From Ylistrum balloti (lineage: Eukaryota): 64,000 nucleotides of DNA. Within the stretch, counting starts at the first letter, position 1. Every line of letters begins with the position of its first letter. Location of the stretch: NCBI RefSeq assembly GCF_031769215.1, contig NW_026781872.1, positions 186,001 to 250,000 on the forward strand, written 5' to 3'. Made by a program: the position numbers and the translations under genes. The notes under the pieces are model-generated. The model made no database searches and was not told the DNA's origin. It saw nothing but the letters and a program-made list of their open reading frames with translations. Below, piece after piece: positions 40,524-55,500 of the stretch.

Positions 40524-43500
40524 GTAAGTGATATCAATTACCAATGTAATAAAAACATTAAAATATTTAATTGTATCGGTTTTTATATCGAGTTTTCATT
40601 TTAGAACAGTTTGGCGACAGATATAAATTGTATAAATCCATAAACATTAACAGGTCTAACATTGTTTTCATTCGAACTCTTAAATCACAATAGCATTACA
40701 AACAAAAGCACGAAATATCCAATGTTTTGCAAATATCTCTTTTACAAATCGTAAAAAAATGTGTCACACAACAAGTGTAGAAATAAGGCGGTTTTACCAA
40801 ACGTTTTTGTGAAATTCTAACAACTTAAAGTCAGCTTCTGTTATCAAAAAGCGATCGCTGTTCGACATATAAATATCATGACATAATGCACTTTTTTAAT
40901 CACTATATATCCTTGGTAAGCTGTTCACGTGAACGTTTAGTTCTCCACGTTTACCACAACAAAACATACTTTGATTTATTTGATAAGCAGATTCGTTCAA
41001 ATATTGAAAAAACAAGGTTTTCGTTTTGTGGTTTTGAGTAGCCATGCTTTACATTATAGATTCTAGCAATTCTTCGGGACAATATTGTTTTTCCTCACGT
41101 TGAGCAACTAGCATGAGTAAACGCCTGTATGATGCTGTTTGATCATTTAACTACACTGAATTCTAGAAATACTGAACATGGAAGGAATTACGATTACATA
41201 TCAATCTTTTATCTTCCTAATTCTAGTTCTGGTATCAACGATGGATATTAAAACATCTCCAATGGAGATATCTCCTGGTCATGATGAAATCTGTATCCTC
41301 TGTCAAACCTTTATAGAACAACATAACGTAATCGATGTGTACAGCATTTCTTTATATCGGACAACAGAACATTCTGTAGCATTATTGACCAAAATTGTTT
41401 CCGCTGTCAAAATAAAAAATACAACTGCTGTACGTTGGTGGAACAAGAAATTGCGAAGCAGGAGAGGTGTAGAAGTGACTGCTGCTATTAGTTCGAATTA
41501 TTGCTTTCTTCGTTTGGCCATTCAGCGAATCGACACCTTATGTGATGATGCGAAGGAATATAGATGTGTCATGACAGCCCAAACCAACAACGGGCAAATA
41601 ACTGCTTTCTCTGACAGTAGGCACATACAACTTAACCCTGCAGGTGGGTAAATCTCGGATAATATTGAATGTTATGTTTCTGACGTTGAATTGAAATTCG
41701 TAGCAAGGAACTGGTTGCACGATTTAGGGCCTGATCATCATTGCTTCATTTCGGTTAACATTGTTCTTTGACTTTAAGATGTATCTTGAAGAAGCAAGAT
41801 GTCGCCAACTTACGGACAAAATCTTAACACAAGATTTAAAAAAATGAAAAGTATGAGGAAGTTATACGGTCGTCAAAGAGATCTCATTAGATTCTATTTG
41901 ATGTACGACATGAAGCCGGAAGTACATGATACTCGTTCGTTTTCCTGTTGGTTCCGTTGTTGCTTACTGCCGTCGATAAAACAGAAAATGCGCACTCCTT
42001 CGGAACTCCTGGCCTTAGTCTTCTTGTATATTTTCACGAGTCTTCATGTAAATATTTAGATATTTTGTCCTAGTGTATTAAATATGCGTACGGATAAATG
42101 TTGATATATTCTAGTTGTGTTTCTTACGTGTTTATACTTGTTGATTTTCACGGCTGAGCGGTAAAACTCGTTAGTCTGTAATCGTTAAAATATGACAGGT
42201 AGAGGGTGATCCAGGTACCGTTTCCAGGTTGTAACATTTAGTGCAGTAAAGTAATCAATCACCCGGCGTCTTTCGTATATAAAACATCTGGTCGGTCATA
42301 ATTTATTCTTTATTGAAAAATGTTTATCCACCTGAAACCTAAAATAAATACCATGTACAAGTGTTTATATAAGATGATACCGAATACATGTATATGTGTG
42401 TTTTACTGTTCATTCTTAACCAATTTATAACCTGTGTGCTACAGTTCATCCGTTACCAATGTGACTATACATTTCTTGCAGTTGACACTCTCTACACAAA
42501 TGATATTGAACTAAGGGACCCTGGTTATGTGAACAGTGAACTACAGCATGAATATACTGTAGGCACTAAAGTGGAACTGACCTGTAAAGGATTATCCGGC
42601 AGTGACGGTCTGGCACACAAATGGCTGGTAGCATCGGATGGGGATCCTTGTAATGTAAGTAATTCAACTATTTCAAAATCAAAATTTTGTTTTCCGCACG
42701 AAAAAAAAAAAAAAAAAAAGAAAAAAAGAGAATTTCATCACGCTATATCATCAAAGTAAATATATTCTCCAACAATTTGTAAGCAAACGACAAATACACA
42801 CTTTTTGTTATAGTATTAATAACTACAGGTCAAGTTTTGTGTCTTTTGTACAACCCACCCCCCTCCCCCCACCACTCTCGTTCTGCTCATTATTTTAACA
42901 AACATTAAACATGATCATCGTGTAGTGTTAGGAACACGAAATGACCATATAAGGCATTTCAAGCCGTAATTTCGTTCTTCTGTATCTATTTCTAAATTGA
43001 TTTTTAAACGGCGTTGTGTACTTGTTTATGTTTTGTACAACATCTACCACTGATGTTCTCCTGATAGTCTGTAAACACGGACCAGGATGATATCTACAAT
43101 AAATCCGGATACTTTCTCAATGACAATTATCACGATTTACCACTAAAGTGAAAGCGGTAATGGTAATTTTTATCTACTTTAAGAACCTAACATGGTCACC
43201 CGGTGTCGGTTTCTAAATGATAATATTTTGTTTGGTACAAGATTGAAAGACGTCCACTTAACGATTTACTAGGATGCTGATTTTTTGTTTGTTTGGAGAG
43301 AGTTGTAATTAATGTTTGACGTTAAGATGATTGCAATTAATTCCACTTACAGACTATCAGCGTTTCTTTGGTGATTTAAGTTGCTTACCCTTACAGACAA
43401 CCGGCGTGTCTTTGGTGATTTAAGTTACTTCCACTTCCAGACAATCAACTTACCTTTGGTAATTTAAGTTACTTCCCCTTACAGACTATCAGCGTAACTT

Positions 43501-46500
43501 TGGTGATTTAAGTTACTGACTCTTACAGACAATCAACGTTCCTTCGGTGATTTAAGTTACATTCCCTTACAGACAACCGGCGTGTCTTTGGTGATTTAAG
43601 TTACTTTCCCTTACATACTATCAACGTACCTTTGGTGATTTAAGTTACTTTCCCTTACAGACTACTAACGGACCTTTGGTGATTTAAGTCACTTCCCCTT
43701 ACAGACAATCAACTTACCTTTTGTAATTTAAGTTACTTCCCCTTACAGACAATCAACGTACCTTTGGTGATTTAAGTTACTTCCCCTTACAGACTTTCAA
43801 CGTACCTTTGGTGATTTAAGTTATTTCCCCTTACAGACTACCAACTTACCTGTGGTGATTTAAGTTACATTCCCTTACAGACTATCAACGTATCTTTGGT
43901 GATTTAAGTTACTTCCCCTTACAGACTATCAACGTACCTTTGGTGATTTAAGTTACTTCCCCTTACAGACTATCAACGTACCTTTGGTGATTTTTTCACC
44001 GATCATTGAACTAGATGGCTGTACTTATATAGTCAAAACTAATGCTATCCTAACCATTCCTAATGATACACGGACAATAGTTGTGTGGTGCTTGGTATCA
44101 GATGCAAGAACAGCAGAAGAGGAATGCGCCAATATCACAGAAAACAGCCTGACGAAAAGTGTTGTTATCATACCCGGTATGTATGTTTTACCTACCATAG
44201 ACAGCAGTTTAAATTTATCATGCCAACATATTTCCTTTGAATTGTGAAATTATTTTTTGTTATTTCAAATATGGGTTTTTCAATTGGAATATTATAATAT
44301 AACAATGGACCTGAAATAATCCGGAAGCCGACAATCCGGGAAAATCACCATCCGGACGGAAATGTTGCGGGACGGATCTACGTAACGTTAATTGTACCCA
44401 CTGGTCCGGAAATTCGAATTCCAGTTCAGAGTAATATTCCTGCAATAATCCGGACATGTTTTGTTAATACATGAAGACAATTTGCTATGTTTGGTCAGCC
44501 TACCCAGAGTTATACAGTACACCGTTAGTCACTGTGGGTAGTCACAGACAGCTGACAGATCACCGTCCTAGCCATACACCTGAGGATCTCGTTTCACCAT
44601 TAACAGTACTGTTGTACTGGATAAAATGAACTAAATGAAAAATATATATATAAATCAGAAGCGGGTGTACGTTTTTCCACTTGTATACCCCTTTCGAAAT
44701 CATAATTTCTACAATTTAACGATAAAATAACGGTAAAATGAACAAAGGCACGATGGCTTTACCCTACGTCTGGTTACACTGAACTTTCATGGTGTCTGAA
44801 CGTTTAGTGTAAACAATGTGAATACTTCCTGAGTGGGTTCCAGTCCAATCGGTCCATCTTTGATAAAATAATTTGCATTTTGAAATCAAATACCAAAAGA
44901 AAGGACAGGTCAGTACTCCTCAATCTTGATGTTAAATCCACATTTCAAGTTTTATACGACATGTATGTTATCGTATCTGCAGATAAGACGGCGTCCAATA
45001 ACTTGACCCTTGTCTGCAAACATTTTTACATTTCCTATGTAAAAAACCGGGCTTACTTGATAACGTATAATAACTCCATGAAGCCGGTTTAAGTTTGTTA
45101 CCATGGTAATCAGTCTGACAGTAAGGAAACATCTTCATGAAGCTGGTTTAAGTTTGTTACCATGGTAATCAGTCTGACAGTAAGGAAACATCTTCATGAA
45201 GCTGGTTTAAGTTTGTTACCATGGTAATCAGTCTGACAGTAAGGAAACATCTTCATGAAGCTGGTTTAAGTTTGTTACCATGGTAATCAGTCTGACAGTA
45301 AGGAAACATCTTCATGAAGCTGGTTTAAGTTTGTTACCATGGTAATCAGTCTGACAGTAAGGAAACATCTTCATGAAGCTGGTTTAAGTTTGTTACCATG
45401 GTAATCAGTCTGACAGTAAGGAAACATCTTCATGAAGCTGGTTTAAGTTTGTTACCATGGTAATCAGTCTGACAGTAAGGAAACATCTTCATGAAGCTGG
45501 TTTAAGTTTGTTACCATGGTAATCAGTCTGACAGTAAGGAAACATCTTCATGAAGCTTGTTTAAAGTCGGGTAATCTAGTTTGATATGCGAGTTCCCATT
45601 AACTGCCTGCGATGTTAGGGACTGATGAGACTGGGTCCAAGCTCTTAGCACTTCGACTATTTAGGAATAAAAACATTTTACTGAGAGTACAGGTTCTGTC
45701 TCGACTTCATAGATCGGCGTTTTACAGCATGGAAACAGCTTTTATTACATTTATGCAATGTTAAGTTTAAATGGTTTCATTACTGGACTCTACTGTATCT
45801 CACTGTTATTTATTGAAAGAGTATATTCACTTGTGTGTTTTTATGCAATCTTCTCAGACATAATACTTATGTTTATATACAGTTGCATCGGAGGAAAACG
45901 AAGATCCCTGTGTTGACCCATCAAATCGTAAGTAAAACAATGCATTCCTGACGACTAGTACTAACTCCAATCATCCCGACATACTGACTAGGTCGGTTCA
46001 AATGTCTTTGATACAAATCAGTTTTCAATCCTTTGGAACCCCCACATGTATACTGTAAATCACTTAAATTTCGTGAATACATTATTTCGTGAACTTATTT
46101 CTGCAAACATATTCGAGGATTGATGATTTCGCGAACGCTAATCTAGAAATGATTTTAAATTTCCGAATGCTGAGTTATTTGAGAAATGGATTCTGCAACG
46201 ATCCTTTATCGGCAACTTATAGCTTCATTTTGGTCACCAGGAGATCAATAGGCCTGACATTCATATCTAAACTTATCATACAGAAGTTGAACAACGGTTT
46301 TATATCTTATTATTTACTTAATATTTGTAAATAATGAAATTTAATGATATAATAATGATACTTCGTAAGTCATCAACTCTGTTAACATTTTAACACAAAA
46401 GTAGCAGCGGTGATGGATTAACGCATGCCCGAAACATGTCCTACAGTTGTACATTTTAATGACGCAATTTTCTGCTACAGTCAACAGTATGGGGATGCCG

Positions 46501-49500
46501 TTTAAACGAGTTGTGAATATGTTGAATTTGAAAGTAACATTTGTCAAGTAGATCTGTTTTTTGTTAATATGATAAGTTATTTATAAAACCAATGCATGTG
46601 TAAAGGGAAATAAAAACAAGTTAACACATGGATAACAAAAATGATCATCAAGAGATTCGTACAAATTATAGCGAGAAATTTGTGATTGGCTCTCCTCGCG
46701 AATTAACGCGAACAGAAATACCACACGAAGTGATTTACGGTACAAAACTTTAAGGAAAGCGAATGAACGCGAACATCAATACCACACGAAGTGATTTACG
46801 GTACAAAACTTTAAGGAAAGCGAATGAACGCGAACATCAATACCACACGAAGTGATTTACGGTACAAAACTTTAAGGAAAGCGAATGAACGCGAACATCA
46901 ATACCACACGAAGTGATTTACGGTACAAAACTTTAAGGAAAGCGAATGAACGCGAACATCAATACCACACGAAGTGATTGACGGTACAAAACTTTAAGGA
47001 AAGCGAATGAACGCGAACATCAATACCACACGAAGTGATTTACGGTAAAATACTTTAGGGAAAGCGAATGAACGCGAACATCAATACCACACGAAGTTAT
47101 TTACGGTACAAAACTTTAAGGAAAGCGAATGAACGCGAACATCAATACCACACGAAGTGATTTACGGTACAAAACTTTAAGGAAAGCGAATGAACGCGAA
47201 CATCAATACCACACGAAGTGATTTACGGTAAAATACTTTAGGGAAAGCGAATGAACGCGAACATCAATACCACACGAAGTTATTTACGGTACAAAACTTT
47301 AAGGAAAGCGAATGAACGCGAACATCAATACCACACGAAGTTATTTACGGTACAAAACTTTAAGGAAAGCGAATGAACGCGAACATCAATACCACACGAA
47401 GTGATTTACGGTACAATACTTTAAGGAAAGCGAATGAACGCGAACATCAATACCACACGAAGTGATTTACGGTACAAAACTTTAAGGAAAGCGAATGAAC
47501 GCGAACATCAATACCACACGAAGTGATTTACGGTAAAATACTTTAGGGAAAGTTAATTAATCCGAACATAAATACCATACGATATGCAAGTGATTTACGG
47601 TACAATACTTTAAGGAAATTCTTAACAGGTCATTTTGCCCTAGAAGTTCTATTTATAACTCATCTGAAACGCTTAGTTTTATTCTCCATTTTTTAAAAAA
47701 CTTTACTATGGAGTCTGTGTAATTCTTTCTTTTGTTCATGTTTTGTCTCAGCTTTCTTAAAGAACCTGTTTCACGGTAAAAGTAATTTTGACCACATTCC
47801 AATTCCATCGTTATTGCATGTTATTTGTAGTAACCCATTAAATTCCTACGAATTTATGTTTAAAAGTCCCGAAGTCCCCTATGGCCTGTACTATGGCCTT
47901 TTCTATGATCCCTGTCATGGGTGTGAGCCAGGGTCCACATCTTTGACTATGGTATTTGATTTGGTTCACATATTGGTATTTTCATGTCTTTGTCACTTCG
48001 ACGATCAAAGCTTCACATAGATAGACGTAGTGTATAATAGGCTCATACTTACTCCCGTCCGATTTTTATACTGCAGTTAAAATTGCAAAACAAGGGACAT
48101 AATTTGTCTCATGGATTTGCCTAGATTGGCATGAATTCTGTCCAGGTTGCATCAAAGAAATTTCGTATTGTTCAAGACAAAGTCAATCACTAATCCATGC
48201 TATTATTCACATGTCTTTCCTGGCTGCTACCAGACGTTTCTATTGACATAAATGTCGAATGTGACTGATGAATTTATTCGGATGACATAAATCTCAACCT
48301 ACTAGACAATATGAAAAAGTTCGTTTAACTTACTAACGTGGAGTAAAACAAAAAAATAAGTGATTTGGCTAGGCTAATAAAACCGTGCTAAGCGCTATAA
48401 CATGTGTTTATCTACTCAAATTGTGAAATTACAATGCATTTCATGTCCTAAATTGTCAATAATATAAAATCGAAAATTACTTTTGCATAACGTAGGGGGT
48501 GGTAATGGTTGGATAACGTACATACGTATTTACTGTTGATAGTACTTGTTGCATTGATTTAATGATTTGCAACTTTTTTTAAAGGTCCATTCATTTACAG
48601 ACCGGAAAACACAAGCTATCATCAAGGTGAACCATTAAACCTGACGTGTACTTTCAATGGCAGTCAACAATACGGGTGGTATTTCCGACGCTTACCCTCC
48701 GAGATATGGGTCCTTACTCAGCTTGAATATAATCAGGGTTGGAAATCCCTTACACTCATTATACCGAGCTTGTCCCTGGTCCACAGGGGATGGTACAAAT
48801 GCATGACAACCCATTGTTACTTAGATATGAGTAACAGGGATAACGATCAAACAATATTCATCGATGTTTTATATGGTAAGTAAAATTAACCCATAATTGC
48901 ATATCATGTTTAACAGCGTTAGATCCATAGGTAGAGAATCGGTCTGTTTCACAGGAAGATCCCTCGTGTGTGCTACGATCTTTATCAGTACGATAGGGTT
49001 TCCTTGGGAGTCTGCACTCAAAGACCTTTTTTTCATGTCGTTCTATAGCTATCAGGCAAAGCGCTTTATCAAAAATCGCTGTATTTAATGTCTCCACCAT
49101 AACGTGTTGTGTGAAAACCAACAGCTACTACAAAGAAATTCAAAATGCAAGAGACACTTCCTCTTCCGAAACACATGGTCTTATTCTACTTTTTTTCTGG
49201 AATCTCCGTGTAAATCTTACTTTTGTCCATAGTTTTCTCTTATCCTATTGTATTGAAGTTTGGAGTATAATTCTGTTCACGTGGTGGTATTGTTTTGTTT
49301 ATTTGTTTTTTATAAACAACGTAAACAAAACATGGTGCTGTTCAATTTAGCTCTTATTACTAAGATTGTCTTAATTCTTGATCAGTTTTAATTGATTATA
49401 TTCATGTCGTAATTTCATAAAAGGTGATGTCGATTATAACATTTCTTTGGGATATAAATATTAAATTTTATAATTCTTTTACAAAAACAATATTATCAAT

Positions 49501-52500
49501 TTAATTTAATTATAGTAAATATTTCTTTCTATTATCGTCGGAAGCTGTTGCTGATAACAACATAAAATATGGATGGAAAACATACGAAATTAGCGTTAAG
49601 ATTAGTTACTAATTATCAGCGATGACATAATGTCTGATTTTATTTCCGACAGAGTCGTGCAGACAAAATGGTATTCTGATAGCGGGGTGAGTAACAACAT
49701 ATATCTATATGGGGAACCATTCTGTTGTTATGATTTTCTCAAATATCAAGCTGATCGATGTTATATAACTAAACCATTATAAATCATTTGTTATGACTGG
49801 ATTTCTAGAAACTTCACAACAGCTTAGGATCCATCGTCCATGTATGTATTATTTATATTACAATTGCAGAATGAAATCTGGTTTCAATGGTTGCTTTGTC
49901 CTCTCATTCGTTTAGCATATATTCCCCCAAAAATATGTAATATTTGTTTTTACATGATTTTTATCTAAATATTTAACGACCAATCTCATTGAAAAAATCT
50001 GTTAACTACAGCCGTTTTCTGTCGTAGATCTTAATCAGATAAGTAATAATGTTTTATGACGACCACATACAGCTGCCCCAGTGATAACGCATTCGAATTG
50101 CCTTTCACCTATACGTCCGGGGTTCGATTCCTCGAATAGACGTACAACAGAAAGGAGTTACTTATCAAACCATGTGGTTATTCCCCGGGAAATCTGCCAC
50201 AATAAGACCTTTCGCGCGCTTCCATCCATGCCAACACAGGTTATTGGTATCTAATGGATACACTTTTTCGCATTTTTTGCAGCACAAACAAAATTTAGAT
50301 TTATATATATGTTGCGAGAAATATATTCCTGAGCAACAATATGAATAACATAATTTGCGCCATTTCACGACTGTAAGTCGTTAGATTTAACATGAATTTA
50401 TAAAACCAAACACATATATAGGCATGTCTATGAATTTGCTTTTTTGGATTCGTGTATAGAGGTAATTAGTGCGTCTTCATGTGCTGCCAACAATGGAACA
50501 ATAGCATCCATCCATAATGCACACAAATCTACCATGGTATACGGATTCTCTTTTCATGTACTTCGTTTAGAAACACTAGTAAACATAGGTGAGTTTGAAG
50601 CTGAAAAGATCAAAATGATATATACATATATGGTAGCCTGTTTCTGCAAGTTTTTTATAAACAGCATGAGAAGAAATTATATTAAGTGAATCGTTTCCTT
50701 GTGCAATGAAATTAAACGACCAATGTATATGTATATATATTTTTTTTCCTTCTTTTTTTTCAAATACATGGGATACTTGCAAATAATATTACGTGGCCCT
50801 TGTACACTGTTCTGAAATAATCATGCATTGTTACATATATCTAAGCATATACCGCAAGCAGCTTTTTTATTGGTTTACAGTCACTTTGTTATGTTATTCA
50901 GCCAAATAAAAAAAGTTTAGAAAACAATTTTTTTGTTCATTAGAGAAGTTATATAACTTTTTTCACTTTGTCTTTTTACACAGGCTTGAGTTTGACTGCA
51001 AATACATTATCATGGCAGAATTTCGTATGGGCAGATGGCTCACCACTAACATTCAGAGAAGTGTAAAACATTTTATTTCTCCATTTGTCATGCAGAAAAA
51101 AATTTTCATTTCACAAGTCATTCCTTTAATTACATTTATGCATTGGTTAGTCTCAAAATCAGTTCCATGAGAATGATACAGGTTAAAAACATTAAAAATA
51201 ATGATAGCGCTGTTCGTATGTGTTGAAATAGGATCATGGTCAAGTCACCTCTTGTAAGCTAGCTTCACAGAAAACTACTTACACCAATGCATGTACAAGT
51301 GTTGAGGTGAATTTTAAAATGTATGAAGGTCATTAGATTCTAGAGTTACGGTACATATCCATCTAAATATTATTTCAGCTGACTTTGGGTTTCTTACTCG
51401 CCTTTGTGGAGTTCTCGGCTTCTACCCGCGACGTTAACCTGTCACATACATGTTTTAAAAACGGTCCATTGAAAGTCAAGATCTGATCACAGATGCTGGC
51501 TGTATCATCATCCACATATTTACGTTCTGTATCCTTAAATCATATGCCTTGTGAAAGATAGCTTTCTTTTTCCAGCATAGACGATTTGTCTTGCTTCGTT
51601 TGCCTTGAAGACTATCCCGTTGTGGTAGCGATGGTATATAGAGAATCCTTGAGAAGCATTACGTGGGTTCCAGCATTAGACGACACACATGTAGCGTGTG
51701 AATGGCGAATGGAACATCTACGTACGGATAGATATGGTTAGATCAGGCATTAACACATAGAGGGTTTTATGATGCTCTTAGACGTTTTCATTTTGCTGAG
51801 CATGAAAACTTCGTGACGAGTTTAATCTATCTCGTTTCAAATAATTTAAATCTGAATTGGCGAACTGTACGTCCGTCCTAGGAGGTGATTCCAGAAATGG
51901 TAAAACAATCCATGGTATTGTTATGGCTGACAGGCGAGTTATGTAGAAATATATAGCCAGTACATGGGGGTAGGGGGTGGGGAGGTTTCACAGGAAAGCT
52001 TATATTCCATATTTACGGAAAATCTTGTAATGAGAAAGTTCTCAGCCCGTTATATACCGAGACATCTTACAGTTGACCGTTCTAAATGATTGAAGCACTC
52101 TGATGCATCCCCCGCCAAAGAAGGAAAAGCTATCCGATAAGTTGAAAATGTTATGGTCTCGGTTTTCTGGGATGCTGGTGGTATTCTGAGGGCAGATTGC
52201 TTATAAAAGATACAAACAATAAATGACACATATCATGTAACACTTCTTAGGCAGTTAAGAGATAATATTAAACTCTGGAGACGCGGTTAACTCAGCAAAG
52301 AGGGGTTGTTCTGAAAGGACAATGCCACTGTTTACAAGTCTTATCGTGATGGCGGCTTCCATCAACGACTGTGCCTTTGAACTGATTGAGCACTCACCTT
52401 ATCCGCCTGATATCGCTAGATCATACTTCTATCTATTTCCAAAATTGAAAAAAATGTCGTTTTCGGTGTCCACTTTAGGTTGGGTAGTGACGTCATACAT

Positions 52501-55500
52501 GCAGTGGAGGACATAGCTAGCAAAAGTATAATATATACTGAGGGGGATTTTGTTAAAAATAATGCAATATGTCCACCAATAATCAAACGTTTAAATATGT
52601 GACTCACAATCATCAATCAGCCCTCGTACTTATCACCGTAATTAATTAATATATAGGAAAATAGGTTCTGTATGAAAAGACAAATCGAAAAGAAAGGTAG
52701 GCATGGCATACTTTTATAAATAATAATATATATAGTCATATTAACATTTGCATAAAATATCATTCTTCCTTAATACTTAATCAGATTTTGAAATGTCAAT
52801 TCCTGTAATAAACGATGTTGTATACACAGCTTCCAACCTGGCAAACACTTACAATCCTGATATATTATCATTATAAAATGTGTTGTATAATTATTATAAG
52901 ATCTCTATAGATTATCTGTGTTTAATCTAAGCTGCATTCTTAGAGATATGAAATATTCCTTTATATATATATATTTACGACTTTGACATGTCGGTATTAT
53001 CTTAGTGTTTTTTTGTATTGAAGGTCTCAGTCTGCCAACAGGTAACTATGACTACACCGGAAACAAGGCGATGTTCCATTGTCATTCGGGCGAGTATATA
53101 TCTGCTGTTTATTTATGTGATGGAACATCTGACTGTAATGACGTTACAGATGAAATGACCTGTGGTAAGTAAAGGACATAACATGAAACGTATCATTGAT
53201 GGCCGGTTCTCTAATGATTTAATGATACCTCGATCGTGTAAGGATTATAAAAAATGAATATTTCATCAAAAGTTTGAAGTTATATTTTAGCCAAAATTAC
53301 ACACTTTTATTCAAACTACTAGTCTCTATTTTAAATGCTGTAAAAATTGTGTTACAGCCTTATAGTGATACTGTTTGCACAAGAAGTGGAATCGATAGCA
53401 TCCGAATTGGGAAGAACACCAAAGAGCTTTTGACCAATTTTTAATACCCTCTTAAAACAAAAATACCTTTTATTAGAAAATTTGATTTTTCTATCCTGAA
53501 TACATCCATACCACATCCAAAAGTGTGAGACTTCTTCGTTCTTACTGTGATGCTGTTTGCTCTAGAACTGGAATTGATAGCATGCGAATATAGAAGACCT
53601 CCAAAGAGCTTTTGACCAATCTTCAACACCCTCTTCCAGAAAAAATGCCTTCTATTGGAAAATGATTTGATTTTCCACCCTGAACACCTCAATACCTCAT
53701 TCAAAACTGACTGCTTCGTTGTTTTCTTATTATGAGAACTTTCATCTCCAAGAAAGATGCAAGGCGGCATACGTACATGGTTGAGAACTGTACTAAAGCG
53801 TATTTCGTTAGTAGATATATACGGAGGGCGAAATTGTAAAAATGATCGAGAGTCTGGTTACTGCGCCCCTCTGTTGGCTGACTTGTTTTTGTTCTAATAC
53901 GAGGCTGACTTTATTGAACAGCTTATCAAAACAGGTTACAAAGACCTTGAAAAGCCATTTAAATTTCACTTTCATATGTATTGATAACGTGTTGTCTGTC
54001 AAAAACAAGAAGTGTATTGACTAAGTTCATCATATATACCCACCAAAATTGGATTTCAAAGACACGATATACTCTTCTACATCAGCTGAATATCTCTTTT
54101 GTTTCCGACAACGAAATCAACATGGACAACTTTCTACTATGCTGTCTGATAAAAGTGATGATTTCAATTTACTTATTGTGAACTTTCTATTTCTTGAAAG
54201 CAATATTCAACATCTCTAACCCATGGTATTTACCTTTCACAGTGGATTAAATATTTAAAGGCCCGCTTCCATCATTGCGATTTTCGTGTAAGAAATCACA
54301 GGGTTTCAGATGATGCAGGGTAATGAAATGGTCGCAATAGTGATCTGGTTGAGAAATAATATATTTCTTTGTATGATATGAAGCTTGATATGTTTTTAAT
54401 GCTCGTTAGTTTGCCTGTTGGTTCCGTTGTTGTCTACCTTGTTCTTGTTTTTAAGAACTTGACGCTTCTTACTTAAATTGATCGAGGTTTACATGGCCGG
54501 TGCTGTCGAAGAAGAAAAAAGACACTGCTCTTCCGGAACACATTGTCTAATTCTACTTTTCCAGGAGTTTCCGTGTTAATCTTTCTTTTGTTCCTGTTTT
54601 TCACTAGTTTTGAGGACTTTGTGTTTTGATTATGATAATGTTTACATGTTGGTATTTTCTAAAAAATTTTCACAGACAGAGGATGCCTTGGCGCTACTTT
54701 TCAATGTGATTACGGCGCCTGTATTCCAGCATCCAAAAGTTGCGACTTTATAAAAGACTGCGCCGACGGCTCAGATGAGTTATTATGTAGTATGTGAAAA
54801 CTTTCATATTAATGCTACGTTTTATTTTTCATATCTTTTTTTTCCCCCGAACGTTTTATTTACAAAGGAATTATGTTAAAAACAACATAGGAGTGCTCTC
54901 ATTTAACAGACATCATCCACACTGTCATTAACGTAATCATTCGTATATAATATATTGATGTAACAACCTATATGCATATATGACATTAAATATTGCAATT
55001 TATAAATCTTTTTTCTAATATTTTCTTTCTGTAATTTTTTAATGTAGTTTTAAAATGTATCCTCTTACTCATCATCATTACACCTGCTTATCAGGCTCTC
55101 CTTATAAGGAATAGAAGGACAAATTCAGTTGTCTCTGGCCTAAATCATATCTGCTGCCTTTACATGCCAAAAAGGCTTCTATCGTAGATTCTTCCTATAT
55201 AGCAGTACAGGAAGAACCGATATCAGAATATATAAAACCGCATCATTTGTTTTCTGACCGTGAATGTTTTGGTAAAAAAAACAATAATAAGAATTAAGAT
55301 AAAGTATTTTTTCTTTGGTGTTTATTTTAAAGTAGCCTAATGATGACACGTAATATAACAGCGACCCTGGGATTTATGGGAGTGCTGGGTTCCAATGCAC
55401 ACTATCCATACATTATAATTATTATAGTAAATAAAATGGTGCCGTCATCTGTAGTTTACTCATAGAGCAAAGTATGAATACGTACACACATGATTATGAA

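Noticed and set aside
43069-43160. Extra coding exon SVNTDQDDIYNKSGYF...
   Set aside because: It hits TGA before any phase-compatible donor, and 42654 already splices in frame to 43969.
45615-45660. Hammerhead ribozyme (CTGATGA followed by a GAC-TGG-GTC hairpin)
   Set aside because: The required GAAA after stem II is absent (CAAG), and no stems I or III were found.
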